A stretch of 64,000 bases of DNA, from NCBI GenBank assembly GCA_964291215.2, contig OZ219790.1:2400001-2464000 (forward strand). The letters run 5' to 3'. Numbering within the stretch: position 1 is the stretch's first letter; every line of letters starts with the position of its first letter. The position numbers were made by a program, and so were the translations under genes. The stretch is from Alphaproteobacteria bacterium. GTDB lineage: Bacteria; Pseudomonadota; Alphaproteobacteria; MPNO01; UBA830. Positions 44,021 to 55,180 of the stretch are shown in pieces. The notes under the pieces are model-generated. The model had not been told where the DNA came from, searched no databases, and saw only the letters and a program-made list of their open reading frames with translations.

Positions 44021-44787
44021 CCGAGGGCCTCCGAGATCTCCTTCGCGATACGCCTCGCCACGGCCGCGGGATCGTCGGCACCGGTGATCGGCCGCCCGAT
44101 GACGAGGTGGTCGGCGCCCGCGGCGATCGCGGCGGCCGGCGTCATGATGCGTTTCTGGTCGTTCCTTCCCACCCAGCCGGGGCGGATTCCAGGGACCACC
44201 AAGGCCGGTCCGGGGCCGATTTCCTTGCGGATGGCCGCGGCCTCGTGCGGCGAACAGACGACCCCGTCCATACCGCTCCGCGCCGCGAGGCCGGCCAGCC
44301 GTACGGCTTGGTCCGCCGCTGCTCCGCGCTGGCCGACGGCGTCGAGATCCCGGTCATCGAGGCTGGTGAGCACGGTGACCGCGACAATCCGCGGCCGCGG
44401 CGCGGCAGCGCTCGCCGCGGCCTCGGCGGCGGCGCGCAGCATGGCCTCGCCGCCGGACGCGTGGACGGTGAGCAACGCGCAGCGGAGCGCGGCCGCGGCG
44501 CGCACGGCGCCAGCGACGGTATTTGGGATGTCGTGGAATTTGAGGTCGAGGAACACCCTGTGGCCAGCATCGACGACTCGGCGCACCCCCTCCGGCCCGT
44601 GGGCGGCGAAGAATTCGCTGCCGAGCTTGATGGCGCCGACTTCGCCGGCCAGAAGTTCGGCCAGCAGGAGGACCTCGTCTAGGCGCGTACTGTCGGCCGC
44701 GCAGAAGATGCGGTCGGCAATCGGCACTTCCGCCGTCGGCGCGGCCGTCGGACGGGGTGTGCCGCTCCGCCCTGTCCGTTCAGTCAT
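44017..44787 (-). CDS. pyrF: orotidine-5'-phosphate decarboxylase
   Basis: FLDLKFHDIPNTV, VPGIRP, IGRPIT. Confidence 0.96.
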   Translation of the reverse strand: MTERTGRSGTPRPTAAPTAEVPIADRIFCAADSTRLDEVLLLAELLAGEVGAIKLGSEFFAAHGPEGVRRVVDAGHRVFLDLKFHDIPNTVAGAVRAAAALRCALLTVHASGGEAMLRAAAEAAASAAAPRPRIVAVTVLTSLDDRDLDAVGQRGAAADQAVRLAGLAARSGMDGVVCSPHEAAAIRKEIGPGPALVVPGIRPGWVGRNDQKRIMTPAAAIAAGADHLVIGRPITGADDPAAVARRIAKEISEALG

Positions 44788-45130
44788 CAAGGAAGCGTGC
44801 CGGCAGCGAACGCGTCTCGGCCGCGGCAATCCGGGCGTCCGGCGCGCCGGGAGACATCGTCCCTGCGCCGCCCCGCGGCTCGAGGCGCCGGAGCTCGCGT
44901 TCCGCATGCCGTGCGCGCCGCCGCCAGCGGCTGCCGGCCAGCCAGCCGACCGCTATGCCGATGAACACGCCAGTCGCCAGCGCTGCAAAGGTCCACACCG
45001 AAACCGGCACCTCGATGGCGGCCGGCAGGGGCCAGAAATGGATGGATACGGGCTGCAGGTTCTTGACTGTGAACGCGCCAAAGACCAGCGCCAGGGGTAT
45101 GAACAGGGCTATTGCCGCAAGACGCTTCAC
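44780..45130 (-). CDS. lapA: LapA (DUF1049) family membrane protein
   Basis: F.V.N.QPV...WP two-TM pattern; conserved position between ihfB and pyrF. Confidence 0.75.
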   Translation of the reverse strand: MKRLAAIALFIPLALVFGAFTVKNLQPVSIHFWPLPAAIEVPVSVWTFAALATGVFIGIAVGWLAGSRWRRRARHAERELRRLEPRGGAGTMSPGAPDARIAAAETRSLPARFLDD

Positions 45131-45190
45131 GGCCGGGCCGCCGAAGTCTGCATGTCACCGTCGATCCCGCTGCACCGCGCGGCCCGCCGG

Positions 45191-45505
45191 TCACCGTTCG
45201 CGGTTAACCCGGTCGAGCAAGCCCTTGCTGGCGCGGAAGAAAGGGACGAATTTCCGGCCGACCCTGATCGCCTCGCCGGTCCGCGGGTTGCGCGCATTCC
45301 GGGGCCGGCGATCCCGCACCGAGAAGGATCCGAAGCCGCGCAGTTCGGCGCGCCTCCCTTCCGCCAGGGCCTGCGCAATCTCGTCGAACACGAGCGAGAC
45401 CAGCGCCTTTACTTCGCTCTGCCGGAGGTCGGGATTCTGCCTCCAGAGGGCCATCACCAGATCCGACTTTGTGATCGACCGGGGTTCGTCTTGCTGCTTT
45501 TCCAT
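45191..45505 (-). CDS. ihfB: integration host factor beta subunit
   Basis: TKSDL, ELRGFGSF, ARNPRTG; follows rpsA. Confidence 0.92.
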   Translation of the reverse strand: MEKQQDEPRSITKSDLVMALWRQNPDLRQSEVKALVSLVFDEIAQALAEGRRAELRGFGSFSVRDRRPRNARNPRTGEAIRVGRKFVPFFRASKGLLDRVNRER

Positions 45506-45598
45506 TTCCTGAACCAGCCGTTAGTGGACCGACAGATGTTTCCGGCGCGTATCCCGCGGCAGGACGGCGCCCGCCGGCAAAAGGGGTCCGCCTCGCTC

Positions 45599-47383
45599 CT
45601 ACTTCTCCTCGCCGTCATCCGGCTCGCCGGCCGCATCCTCGGCTGCGGGTTCTTCGGCCGCGGCCGACTCGTCGCTGTCCTCACGTGCGCGCTGCAATGC
45701 GGCGCCCAGGATGTCGCCGAGGCTTGCCCCGGAACTCGACGAGCCGTAATCGGCGATCGCCTGTTTCTCCTCGAGCGTCTCGTGGGCCTTGATCGACAGC
45801 GTGAGCTTGCGGTCTCGCTGATCGATGTTGGTCACCTGGGCGTCGATCCGGTCGCCTTCCGCGAATCGGTCGGGGCGCTGCTCGCTGCGCTTGCGCGAGA
45901 GCTCGGAGCGCCGGATGAAACCGGCGATGACGCCGCTGACGACCACCTCGAGACCGTTGTCGGTCACGGCGGTGACGGTGCAGGTGACGGTTTCGCCCTT
46001 GCGGATGTTGCCCAGCGGGCCGGCCACCGGGTCGTCCGACAGCTGCTTGATGCCGAGACCGACGCGTTCCTTGGAGAGATCGATGTCGAGCACGCGGACG
46101 CTGACCACATCGCCCTTCTTGTAGTTCTTGACCGCTTCGGCGCCGCTCTGGTCCCATGACAGGTCGGAGAGATGCGCCATGCCGTCGATGCCGCCGGGCA
46201 GCTCGATGAACAGGCCGAATTCCGTGATGTTCTTGATCTCGCCCTCGATCTCCGAACCCGGCGGATAGCTCTCGGCGAAGGACTCCCACGGATTGTCGTG
46301 GCACTGCTTGAGGCCGAGGCTGACCCGGCGCTTGTGGGCGTCGACCTCGAGCACCATGACCTCCACCTCCTGGCTGGTGGAGACGATCTTGCCGGGATGG
46401 ACGTTCTTCTTGGTCCAGCTCATTTCCGAGACGTGGACCAGCCCCTCGACGCCGGCCTCAAGCTCGACGAAGGCGCCGTAGTCAGTGATGTTGCTCACTC
46501 GTCCGGTGAACTTGGCGCCGGCCGGGTACTTGGCCGCGATGCCTTCCCACGGATCCGGCAGAAGCTGCTTCATGCCGAGCGAGATGCGCTGGGTCTCGGA
46601 ATTGTAGCGGATGACCTGCACCGTCACCGTCTCGCCGATCGTCAGCACCTCGCTGGGATGGTTGACGCGCCGCCAGGCAATGTCGGTCACGTGCAGCAGG
46701 CCGTCGACGCCGCCGAGATCGACGAAGGCGCCGTAATCGGTGAGATTCTTTACCATGCCTTCCAGGACCTGGCCCTCCTTCAGGCTGGCGAGCAACTCGG
46801 CGCGCTGTTCGGCGCGCGACTCCTCGAGTACCGCGCGACGCGACACCACGATGTTGCCGCGGCGGCGGTCCATCTTGAGGATCTGGAACGGCTGCGGGCT
46901 GCCCATCAGGGAGGTGACGTCCCGAAACGGACGGACATCGACCTGCGATCCGGGCAGGAAGGCGACGGCGCCCGACAGGTCGACCGTGAAACCGCCCTTG
47001 ACGCGTCCGAAGATGGTGCCGGTGACCTTGTCGCTTCTCTGGTAGGCGAGCTCCAGCTGCGTCCACGCCTCCTCGCGCCGGGCGCGTTCACGGCTGAGCA
47101 CGGCCTCGCCGTTGCGGTCTTCCATTCGTTCCAGATAGACATCGACGATGTCGCCGGGCTTGATCTCGGGAGGCTGCCCGGACACGCCGAACTCTTTCAG
47201 CGGAACCCGGCCCTCGGACTTGAGGCCGATATCGATCAGGACGTCGTCGCCATGGATGGACAGAACCGTTCCCTTGACGACGGCGCCTTCCAGCGGCTGG
47301 CCATCGCCGAAACTCTCGTCAAGCAGCGCGATGAAATCGTCCGTGTGGGCTGCCTCTGCAGCGGAGCCACTCTCTATGCTCAT
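45599..47383 (-). CDS. rpsA: 30S ribosomal protein S1
   Basis: repeated S1 domains (DYGAFV, GLLH, RISLG). Confidence 0.98.
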   Translation of the reverse strand: MSIESGSAAEAAHTDDFIALLDESFGDGQPLEGAVVKGTVLSIHGDDVLIDIGLKSEGRVPLKEFGVSGQPPEIKPGDIVDVYLERMEDRNGEAVLSRERARREEAWTQLELAYQRSDKVTGTIFGRVKGGFTVDLSGAVAFLPGSQVDVRPFRDVTSLMGSPQPFQILKMDRRRGNIVVSRRAVLEESRAEQRAELLASLKEGQVLEGMVKNLTDYGAFVDLGGVDGLLHVTDIAWRRVNHPSEVLTIGETVTVQVIRYNSETQRISLGMKQLLPDPWEGIAAKYPAGAKFTGRVSNITDYGAFVELEAGVEGLVHVSEMSWTKKNVHPGKIVSTSQEVEVMVLEVDAHKRRVSLGLKQCHDNPWESFAESYPPGSEIEGEIKNITEFGLFIELPGGIDGMAHLSDLSWDQSGAEAVKNYKKGDVVSVRVLDIDLSKERVGLGIKQLSDDPVAGPLGNIRKGETVTCTVTAVTDNGLEVVVSGVIAGFIRRSELSRKRSEQRPDRFAEGDRIDAQVTNIDQRDRKLTLSIKAHETLEEKQAIADYGSSSSGASLGDILGAALQRAREDSDESAAAEEPAAEDAAGEPDDGEEK

Positions 47384-47456
47384 GGTCCATCCCTGTTGTT
47401 CGCGCATGATCATGCCGGTTCGGCGGCCTCCGGTGCACACCGAAGACAACCCCGCG

Positions 47457-48110
47457 TCAGTTCCCGTTGTTCCGCGTCAGGATGACCGACATTGCCACAT
47501 CGAATACAGCATCCACATCAAGATGCGTCGTGTCAATGACGGTCGCGTCGTCGGCCGGCACCAGCGGCGCCGTTGCGCGGGTGCGATCTCGCGTATCACG
47601 TTCCTTCATATCCCGCAGGACATCTTCAAGTCTAGCATCCATTCCCCTGTCTCGCAACTCCGCAAGTCGGCGCCGCGACCGTTCCGCGACGCTCGCGTCA
47701 ATGAACAGCTTGACGTCGGCACCCGGGCAGATGACGGTGCCGATATCGCGCCCCTCGAGCACCGCGCCGCCGGCGCCGCCGGGCGGCGCGGTGGCGAAGT
47801 CGCGCTGCAGGTCCCTGAGCGCGTCCCGGACGCCCGGGATGGCCGCGACGATTGTGGCCGCGTTCCCCGTCGCTTCCCGGCGAAGCGCCGCACCCGCGCC
47901 GTCGAGCGCCGCAAGATCGAAGCCGGTGGCAACCGCGACCGCTGCCTTCGGGTCTCCGGGGTCGATTTCGCGACGCAGCAGCTCGAGGCCGACGGCGCGG
48001 TAGAGCAGGCCCGTGTCCAGGTGCGGATAGCCGAGCCTGACCGACAGCCGGCGCGCCAGCGTTCCCTTGCCGCTGGCCGCCGGACCGTCTATCGCGACGA
48101 CGACAGGCAT
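47457..48110 (-). CDS. cmk: cytidylate kinase
   Basis: AIDGPAASGKGT, EGRDIGTV. Confidence 0.97.
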   Translation of the reverse strand: MPVVVAIDGPAASGKGTLARRLSVRLGYPHLDTGLLYRAVGLELLRREIDPGDPKAAVAVATGFDLAALDGAGAALRREATGNAATIVAAIPGVRDALRDLQRDFATAPPGGAGGAVLEGRDIGTVICPGADVKLFIDASVAERSRRRLAELRDRGMDARLEDVLRDMKERDTRDRTRATAPLVPADDATVIDTTHLDVDAVFDVAMSVILTRNNGN

Positions 48111-48111
48111 G

Positions 48112-49437
48112 TCAGCCCCCGGCGGGCGTGATCTGTGCGCCCACTCCGTTCATGAGGTCGACGAAACCGGGGAAACTGGTGCCGATGGCCGCGCCGTCAT
48201 CGATACGGACCGCCTCGCGCGCGGCCGCGCCGAGCACCAGGAATGACATCGCGATCCGGTGATCCAGATCGACCCTGATAATGCCGCCGCCGGGCGGCGG
48301 ACCGCCGCAGCCGGCGATCAGGATGTCGTCGCCATACGCTGCCGCGTGTACGCCGCAGGCCGCCAGGCCGTCGACGATGGCGTCGAACCTGTTGCTTTCC
48401 TTGACCCTGAGTTCGCCGAGGCCACACATCCTCGTGTCGCCGACGGCGCAAGCCGCCGCCATTGCGACGACCGGATACTCGTCGATCATCGACGGTGCCC
48501 GTTCCGCCGGAATCTCGACGCCGCGGAGAGGACCGTGGCGAAACACGATGTCGGCGACCGGCTCGCCGGCCTCGCTGCGGCGGTTGGCAAAGACGATGTC
48601 AGCGCCCATCTCCTCGAGCGTCCGCATAAAGCCGCAGCGCAGCGGATTGACGCCGACGCCGGCTACTACCAGCTCGGAACCCGGCGTGACGAGGGCCATG
48701 ATCCCGGGGAACGCCGCGGAGGAGAGATCGCCGGGTACCAAGACGTCCACGGGCCGAAGCTCGGCATGGCCTTCGACCGCAACGACAATCCCGCGGTCGG
48801 TCGCCGCGGTCTCGATCGACGCGCCGAAGGCGCGCAGCATGTTCTCCGTATGGTCGCGCGTGGCACTCCGCTCGATCACCGTCGTGCGCCCGGGCGTGTT
48901 CAGGGCGGCAAGAAGGATCGCCGACTTCACCTGCGCCGACGGCACCGGGCTCTCGTATTCCATGGGTACCGGGTCGCGCGCGCCGCGCAGCAGCAACGGT
49001 AGGCGCCCGCGGCTGGCGGCGTCGAACGACGCACCCATGCGCGAAAGCGGAAGGATCGTCCGGTCCATCGGCCGTCGGCACAGCGAGGCGTCGCCGGTGA
49101 CGTGGGCGTCGAGGGGCTGGGTCGCGAGCAGCCCCATCACCAGCCGTGCGCCGGTGCCTGAATTACCGAAATCGAGAACCGCGTCGGGCCGGGCGAGGCC
49201 ACCGACGCCGGCGCCGTCGACCACCCATGCGCCGTCCTCCCTGCGTATCAGAGCGCCAAGCGCCGCGAGCGCCGACGCCGTCCGCAGGACATCGTCGGCC
49301 TCGAGAAGTCCGTCGATGCGCGTGCGTCCGACCGCGCTTGCGCCGATGATCAGCGCGCGATGCGAAATCGACTTGTCGCCGGGAACCCGGATGCGGCCGC
49401 TGACCGGGCCGGCTCGAGTTGATTGCAGTGCTGCCAC
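48112..49437 (-). CDS. aroA: EPSP synthase
   Basis: PGDKSISHR, GNSGT, SAQVKS, ELRVKES, DHRIAM; start codon inferred. Confidence 0.97.
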   Translation of the reverse strand: MAALQSTRAGPVSGRIRVPGDKSISHRALIIGASAVGRTRIDGLLEADDVLRTASALAALGALIRREDGAWVVDGAGVGGLARPDAVLDFGNSGTGARLVMGLLATQPLDAHVTGDASLCRRPMDRTILPLSRMGASFDAASRGRLPLLLRGARDPVPMEYESPVPSAQVKSAILLAALNTPGRTTVIERSATRDHTENMLRAFGASIETAATDRGIVVAVEGHAELRPVDVLVPGDLSSAAFPGIMALVTPGSELVVAGVGVNPLRCGFMRTLEEMGADIVFANRRSEAGEPVADIVFRHGPLRGVEIPAERAPSMIDEYPVVAMAAACAVGDTRMCGLGELRVKESNRFDAIVDGLAACGVHAAAYGDDILIAGCGGPPPGGGIIRVDLDHRIAMSFLVLGAAAREAVRIDDGAAIGTSFPGFVDLMNGVGAQITPAGG

Positions 49438-49668
49438 GCCGTTCCCGCGACCTCCCACACAATCGCCGCCAGCATGCGCGGCGGCCCCGACCTCACCGCA
49501 CCGGCGGGCCGGGCTTCGCCAGCCTGCAACTGATATCCGCGCTTGGGAAATGCGTCGCCCTGTCGCTTCCGGCACCTTGATGAGATGCCGTTTCCGGCAA
49601 TCATTGTCAACCGCAGCGCAAGATGATCCCGGATATTCTCACGCTAAGATATCTCGCCAAAATAGTTT

Positions 49669-50857
49669 CCCCACTTCCAGTCTGAAGTGCAACACCCGGC
49701 CCTCATCGCAGTGAGGTCGTAGCCCGAACGGAGATGAGGGCCGGGTGTTGCGCAAATTTTTCCTCTCTGCCCCTCTCGATTCCGCCTGGGAACAGCTTCA
49801 GTTCCTTCAACATCGAGCTTATGCAACGCCTTTGTCGGCTTCAAGCCACTATTTCGTCGTAGCGCGGCATGGACCCTGCTGCACGTTGCGGCTTTGGAAC
49901 GCAGATGGTCAGGGCGGTTTCACTTCAAGATTACCTCCGTCGGCGATCCCGGGACTTTCCGAGTGTTGAGCCGCACCTTCTGAACATCTTCGTTGCATGT
50001 CGCGCGAAAGTCCGTGCCCTTCGGGAAGTACTCCCGCACCAGGCCGTTGGTGTGCTCATTCAAGCCGCGCTCCCAGGAATGGAAAGGCGAAGAAGAAATC
50101 TGCGTCAAGTGCGACACGCCTGTGGTCTGCGAACTCTTTGCCGTTGTGATTGTGTGGACCAATAGCGCACCAGAGCCGAGCATCATAACCGAACCGACCG
50201 GGTCTTTCTGTCCACCCAGCAAGGTGTATTTCGTGGCACGAGCGACACGACAGCTCCACTGTGAGCTTTGCCGATGATGGCTCCCAGTCGCCGACCCGTT
50301 CCTTTGCCTCCGCAGGGCGCTCGGAAATGTTCACCCGGCCGGAATGGCATCCGCCCTTCCAGTTCGGCTTCTTGCCGCGCCGCCGAAGCTTCTTCCACAA
50401 GACGCCCCCGCCTCTCCGATCTTCGGCGATCATGGATCCGTTGCCGACCCACGGCCTTCCAGTCGAAAACGGCCGCTGCTCGGGGCCCTCCAGCAGCTTT
50501 TTCTGAGCTTCAACCCGAGGCGTCAACCGCCAGGAAACAGACGAGGCGGCCCTGCGGCGCGTTTCTGCCATCCTTTGCGCCTGCTTGTGACGGTAACCCC
50601 GTTCCTCGGTGTTGCGCTTGATCTCCCGGAAAATTGTTGATCGGCCCAGCTGCCGAGCAATCGCACCTTGTGAAAGACCGCTTTTCTGCCTCAATCTGAC
50701 ATCGCTCTTCGTAGGTGACGGTAGCCTTTGGACATGAACAAGCTCCCTCCATCTTGTACAGGAACTTTCGCCGCTGCTGGACAGCTCCGCAACATCATGC
50801 GTCTAAAAACACATGGCCACAGCCCATCATGTGTTGCACTTCACTATGGAACGGGGG
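49669..50857 (-). mobile_element. IS30-family element copy 4 (degraded)
   Basis: same ends and body as copy 1. Confidence 0.9.
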
Positions 50858-51240
50858 CCTCTTTTTTTTAGCGTCTTCCTGACCGTTTCTTCCGAAATGC
50901 GCTCGACGATCTCCACCAGACGGCCGGCGAGCAGCGTCCACAGCCCTCGGGCGGGGACGAGACCAGCTTCGCCTCCATCGCCCCCGTTTTGGCCGGGGGT
51001 TCACCTGCTCCTTGCGGCTGAGGGCGGCGTCCAGCCCCCGCAGCGCTTGCGCAAGCGCTCGACCGTCGCCGTGCCGATGCCCAGCCCTATGTCGGCATCG
51101 ACAAGCGCCCCCTCAGCATCAGGATTTGTGCCCGGCGCCAGGCAGCCCCGGTGCCGTCGACGATCGCCTTCAGATCCCGGCGCTCCTGCGCTGAAAGGGT
51201 CACCCGGTAGAGCTTCCTGCCCCGAGAGTTGGCCATATGC
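50858..51240 (-). mobile_element. IS630-like transposase N-terminal fragment
   Basis: YRVTLS..ER..L......AW.RAQIL; TVERLRKR. Confidence 0.65.
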
Positions 51241-51410
51241 GCTGCTCCCGTCATTGCGCCGAAGACCTGCGGGCATGCCCGTTGTCCGGACCTGCGCATG
51301 GCGCTGCCTGCCTGTTCGGCATCTTGCCCGTATCGGCACTGTCCAGATTCCAACGAACGCCGACACGAAAATACTACCCACCAAAACCATCAATACAATG
51401 CCGGTGTACT

Positions 51411-52531
51411 ACTAGCGTCTTGTCATTCGTAAAATGTCGGATAAAGGCGTTTGAGTTTCACGCGGGCATCGTCGGTGGTGAACTGCCAATCCACCTTGGT
51501 CTGGATGCGGTCGCCTGCCAAGCGGCAACTTCCCGGCGTAGCACCTCGATGCAGTCGATGCGGCGGTTCAGGCGGATCATGACGTTGAGTTCCACCACGT
51601 TCAGCCAACTGCCATGCTTGGGGGTGTAGACGAACTCGAAGCGGTCCCACAGGGCCTTGGCCTCGTCCGGCGGGTAGGCCTCGTAGAGGGCGCCGGGGAG
51701 TGTTGAGATTGTCCATCACCAGGGTGATGGTGGTGGCATCCTGGTAGCGCCCGGCGATGTCGGCCAGGAACTGCGCCCAATCGATCTTGCGCTCGGTTAC
51801 CTTGGTCATGCGCTTGCCGGCCAGGGGTTCCGTGAAGACGTTGCAGGTACCGCAACGTCGATACTCGTAGTCGTTACGCGCTGGCTGTCCCGGCGCCATG
51901 GCGATCGGTTGCCGTGTCTCGCCGGTCGGGGCGTTTCGTCCATGCAGACCACGGGGAAAGCGGCGGGACGGCGATCGAGCACCTTCGCTGCGGCGAAGTC
52001 GGCGTTCCCTTGAGGAGGAATCACCCACCCGCTGCCATGGCTTGAGGCAGTTTTTTTTAGAACACGCCGCACCGTCTCGTGTGACACGGTGTAACCAAGC
52101 TCGACAACGCGGTCGGCCAGCAGCCGCAACGACCATTGCGCGTAACCCTCAGGCGGTTCACCACAACTCAGGGCCACCAAGCGCGCCTCGAAGACGCCGT
52201 CGGCTTTTCGCATGTAGGTAGGACGGCGCCGGCCACCCAATGCCGCCTCCAGCCCCTCGAAACGCTTCTTTACTCGGTCTACTTTGCGCATGCTGATGCG
52301 CAGAATCTCGGCAATGACCTTCCCGGTCATCTGGCATTCATTGAACGCGCCCTCGTCGCAGTTAAGCAGGGCGTTGATTACCTTTTGCGACAGGTGCGAG
52401 CCCTTGATCTCCGAAAGTTCTGCCCGTTCGTCCAAGGTCACCACGTAGCGTTTCATACTCCGACCTCCATCCCGAATGGACGGACAGTCTAGCACCAAAT
52501 GTACGACATATCATTGCTGACATAACACTAG
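51411..52531 (-). mobile_element. IS630-family element (degraded)
   Basis: CTAG-bounded ends; WSLRLLAD, SHETVRRVLKK with A8 slip site, VCMDE, LVMDNLNT, WQFTT.DAR.KLKRLYP. Confidence 0.88.
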
Positions 52532-52753
52532 CGTGGGATCGCCGTGCGTTCCCACATGACGGGGTTGCACTCGGCTGCTGTGCGAGCTATACGTACATGC
52601 GATATGGCAGGATTGTGGTCGGCGCATGTGGCCGCAAACCTGTTGTACGGGAGGTTGAAGGCATGACCGAGACATCAGGGGATGTTGTGATGCGCGGACT
52701 GCCGTGGTCGTTCGGCTACAACGTGAGTGCCTCACGCGCGCGCGACCTTCGTA

Positions 52754-52777
52754 CCCCCCCCCCCCCCCCCCCCCCCC
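52754..52777. repeat. C24 homopolymer
   Basis: directly visible; a second C10 run at 53074-53083. Confidence 0.9.
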
Positions 52778-53109
52778 GATTCGGACGCTGGACTGTATCG
52801 GCGGATGACCTTGGGAAGATATCCCGTCGCCTGAGCGCAAACCTCTCGGTCAGGGAGCCGGCCACGCAGGCGCACCACTTCCCTGACCTGCTTCGACGGG
52901 AACACGGCGGCTCACGCCACGCCGTCGGGTGCCGTTGCTTCAGGACCGAAGCTCTTTACACCTCAGACAACCGGGGTCGCACGGCCCTCGGCGAGCATTC
53001 GTTCCCTGGCATTCAAGCCTATGGAGCGGGATGGTTCACGCCCGCGCTGCGTCGGAAGCCACTCCATGGCAAGCCCCCCCCCCGGCGGGTTCTGACACCC
53101 CCCTCATCC

Positions 53110-53296
53110 ATCGTCTAAAAACACATGGTCACAGCCCATCATGTGTTGCACTTCACTATGGAACGGGGGTGGGAAACCGAAACCAAGGCATACATCAAAT
53201 GAACAGCTCGATGACTGAGAGATTCACGACAATTTCCAGACATCAGGTTGCGTAATCGTCCACAACCTAAGGCCCCACTTCACTATGGAACGGGGG
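53110..53296. mobile_element. stack of IS ends (IS30 left end, IS256 right end, IS30 left end)
   Basis: match 19601-19660, 23502-23572 and CACTTCACTATGGAACGGGGG. Confidence 0.8.
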
Positions 53297-53310
53297 AGGA
53301 GAAAAGTTCG

Positions 53311-55065
53311 ATGAGAACTATGAAATATGTGACCTTGGCGACGCTGGCCGCTGCGGGTCTGACGCTCGCAGGCTGCGGTGGCGGGTCGAAGAAGCCGGTC
53401 GCGATGGGCAACCAGCAGATGGAGATGACGGACGCCCAGAAGGCGCAGGCGGCCTACGACGCCGCCGCGGCAGCCGAAAAGGCGGCGATGGCGGCCGAGC
53501 AAGTGGCCAAAATGCAGCGTGATGCGGCCAAGAAGGCGTCCCCGACTGAGCGCATCTACTCCACAGGCGGCGACAGCTCGATGGTCAGGGCCAACGCCGA
53601 GGCCATAAAAGCCGCGAAGGCGGCGGCCGAGAAGGCGCTGGCGGACGCCAGGGCGGAGAAGATGAAGATCGATGAGGCGCTGAAGGCGCTGAATGCCCTG
53701 CCGGCCGGGCAGACCGGCCTTGCGGCGCAGAAGAAGGTGGTCGATCAGCAGAGCAAGGATGTGGCCGCGCAGATCAAGCTCATCGAGGGGTATCTGACCG
53801 GGGCCGGCTCGATCGCAGCCTATCTCTCGAGTGTCGATACCGAGGCGAAAATCAAGAACCGCGCCGGCGAAACCCCCGCCGGCGCCCTCCAGAGTTCGAC
53901 AAGGCCCGCGAGGCGGATGCTCTTTGCCTTGGAGCCTGCGGACACAGCTCGTGCGGGCGGCGGTTATCTAGGCGTAAGCATGACTCAATATCCTCTTAGG
54001 CCCGGACCCACCGCGAACGCCGGCGGCGTCTCCTTTACTGTGTCTGAGACGCCGCCGACGAAGGTCGTCGCCGCCACCCCCGCGAGCGTGAGCGAATCCG
54101 ACTCCGTTGGCCGCTCCATGTTCTATCACAGGTATGACGTTGGCGAACTTCCGGCCGGCGTCATGACCTGGGAGCAGATTGCCGCCAAGGATGGGATGCT
54201 CGTGAAGAAGGCCTTCGGCGCCGACAACATGGATGTCGATGTCCTGCCCCTTGCCGGGATGCCCCTTACCGTACTCACCACCAGCAGTGGAACGGCCCTG
54301 ACGGAGCTCCCCGAATTCACCAGCGGCATGTTCGCCGACCAGTATTACAAGGGGCAGATTAAGGGGACCCTGTATTGTCAGGGCACCTGCTCTGTCGAGG
54401 GCGGCAAGCTGACCGGCAACCTGTTCTTCAAGTGGGCCGGAGAAAACAACGTTTCGCGCTACTACTGGATAACGCCGAGGAACTCCCACTACACGGAGTG
54501 GGCGGCCTATGTCCGCTACGGGTACTGGCTGTATGAAACCACCAACACCACCGGGATCACGCTGCTTGCGCATAGCCCCGCCATATATGAAGGGTATATT
54601 GCTGCCAGCACCACTCTCCCGAACACTGCCACCTACAAGGGCAAAGCCCTGGGCCTGTCGGTGCTGAAGCTCTTCACCGCCGGCGAGCACACGGGGCAGA
54701 AGTCGGCACAGTTCACGGCGGATGTGACGCTCAACGCCAAATTCGGCGCCGCCCCCAAACTGGGAGGCACGATCGACAAGTTCATGGGGAATGCCGTCGA
54801 CGAGAAGTGGAGCGTCAAACTCGTGGAGGCCGCCACCTCTTTCCACGAGCCTACCGGTACTGGCGGCAACGTCGATTCCGGTCTTGCCACGGGTTCCAGC
54901 GGCGCTTCCGCCCACGACAAGAGCGGCGAGTGGGCGGTTAAGCCCTTCAGCCAGAACGGCGTGGGACGCCCGACCGGCTTCTTGGGTACCTTCAACACCC
55001 ACTTCCCGAACGGGCACGCTGCCGGTGCCTTCTCGACTAGGATACAGACGGAGACGACGGAGTAG
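53311..55065 (+). CDS. TbpB-like surface lipoprotein (divergent copy 3)
   Basis: same RBS, lipobox LAGC and TETTE terminus as copies 1/2; divergent interior. Confidence 0.87.
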   Translation: MRTMKYVTLATLAAAGLTLAGCGGGSKKPVAMGNQQMEMTDAQKAQAAYDAAAAAEKAAMAAEQVAKMQRDAAKKASPTERIYSTGGDSSMVRANAEAIKAAKAAAEKALADARAEKMKIDEALKALNALPAGQTGLAAQKKVVDQQSKDVAAQIKLIEGYLTGAGSIAAYLSSVDTEAKIKNRAGETPAGALQSSTRPARRMLFALEPADTARAGGGYLGVSMTQYPLRPGPTANAGGVSFTVSETPPTKVVAATPASVSESDSVGRSMFYHRYDVGELPAGVMTWEQIAAKDGMLVKKAFGADNMDVDVLPLAGMPLTVLTTSSGTALTELPEFTSGMFADQYYKGQIKGTLYCQGTCSVEGGKLTGNLFFKWAGENNVSRYYWITPRNSHYTEWAAYVRYGYWLYETTNTTGITLLAHSPAIYEGYIAASTTLPNTATYKGKALGLSVLKLFTAGEHTGQKSAQFTADVTLNAKFGAAPKLGGTIDKFMGNAVDEKWSVKLVEAATSFHEPTGTGGNVDSGLATGSSGASAHDKSGEWAVKPFSQNGVGRPTGFLGTFNTHFPNGHAAGAFSTRIQTETTE

Positions 55066-55180
55066 ACTGCTCCCGGAGCATCCGCGTTCCCGGGCCCCGG
55101 CCGCTTCGCGCGGCCGGGGCCTTCTTTCCTCCGGCGCTCTCCGGGCGGCCGGAGGTTCCCTTTCACGGACAGGGGTTCCC

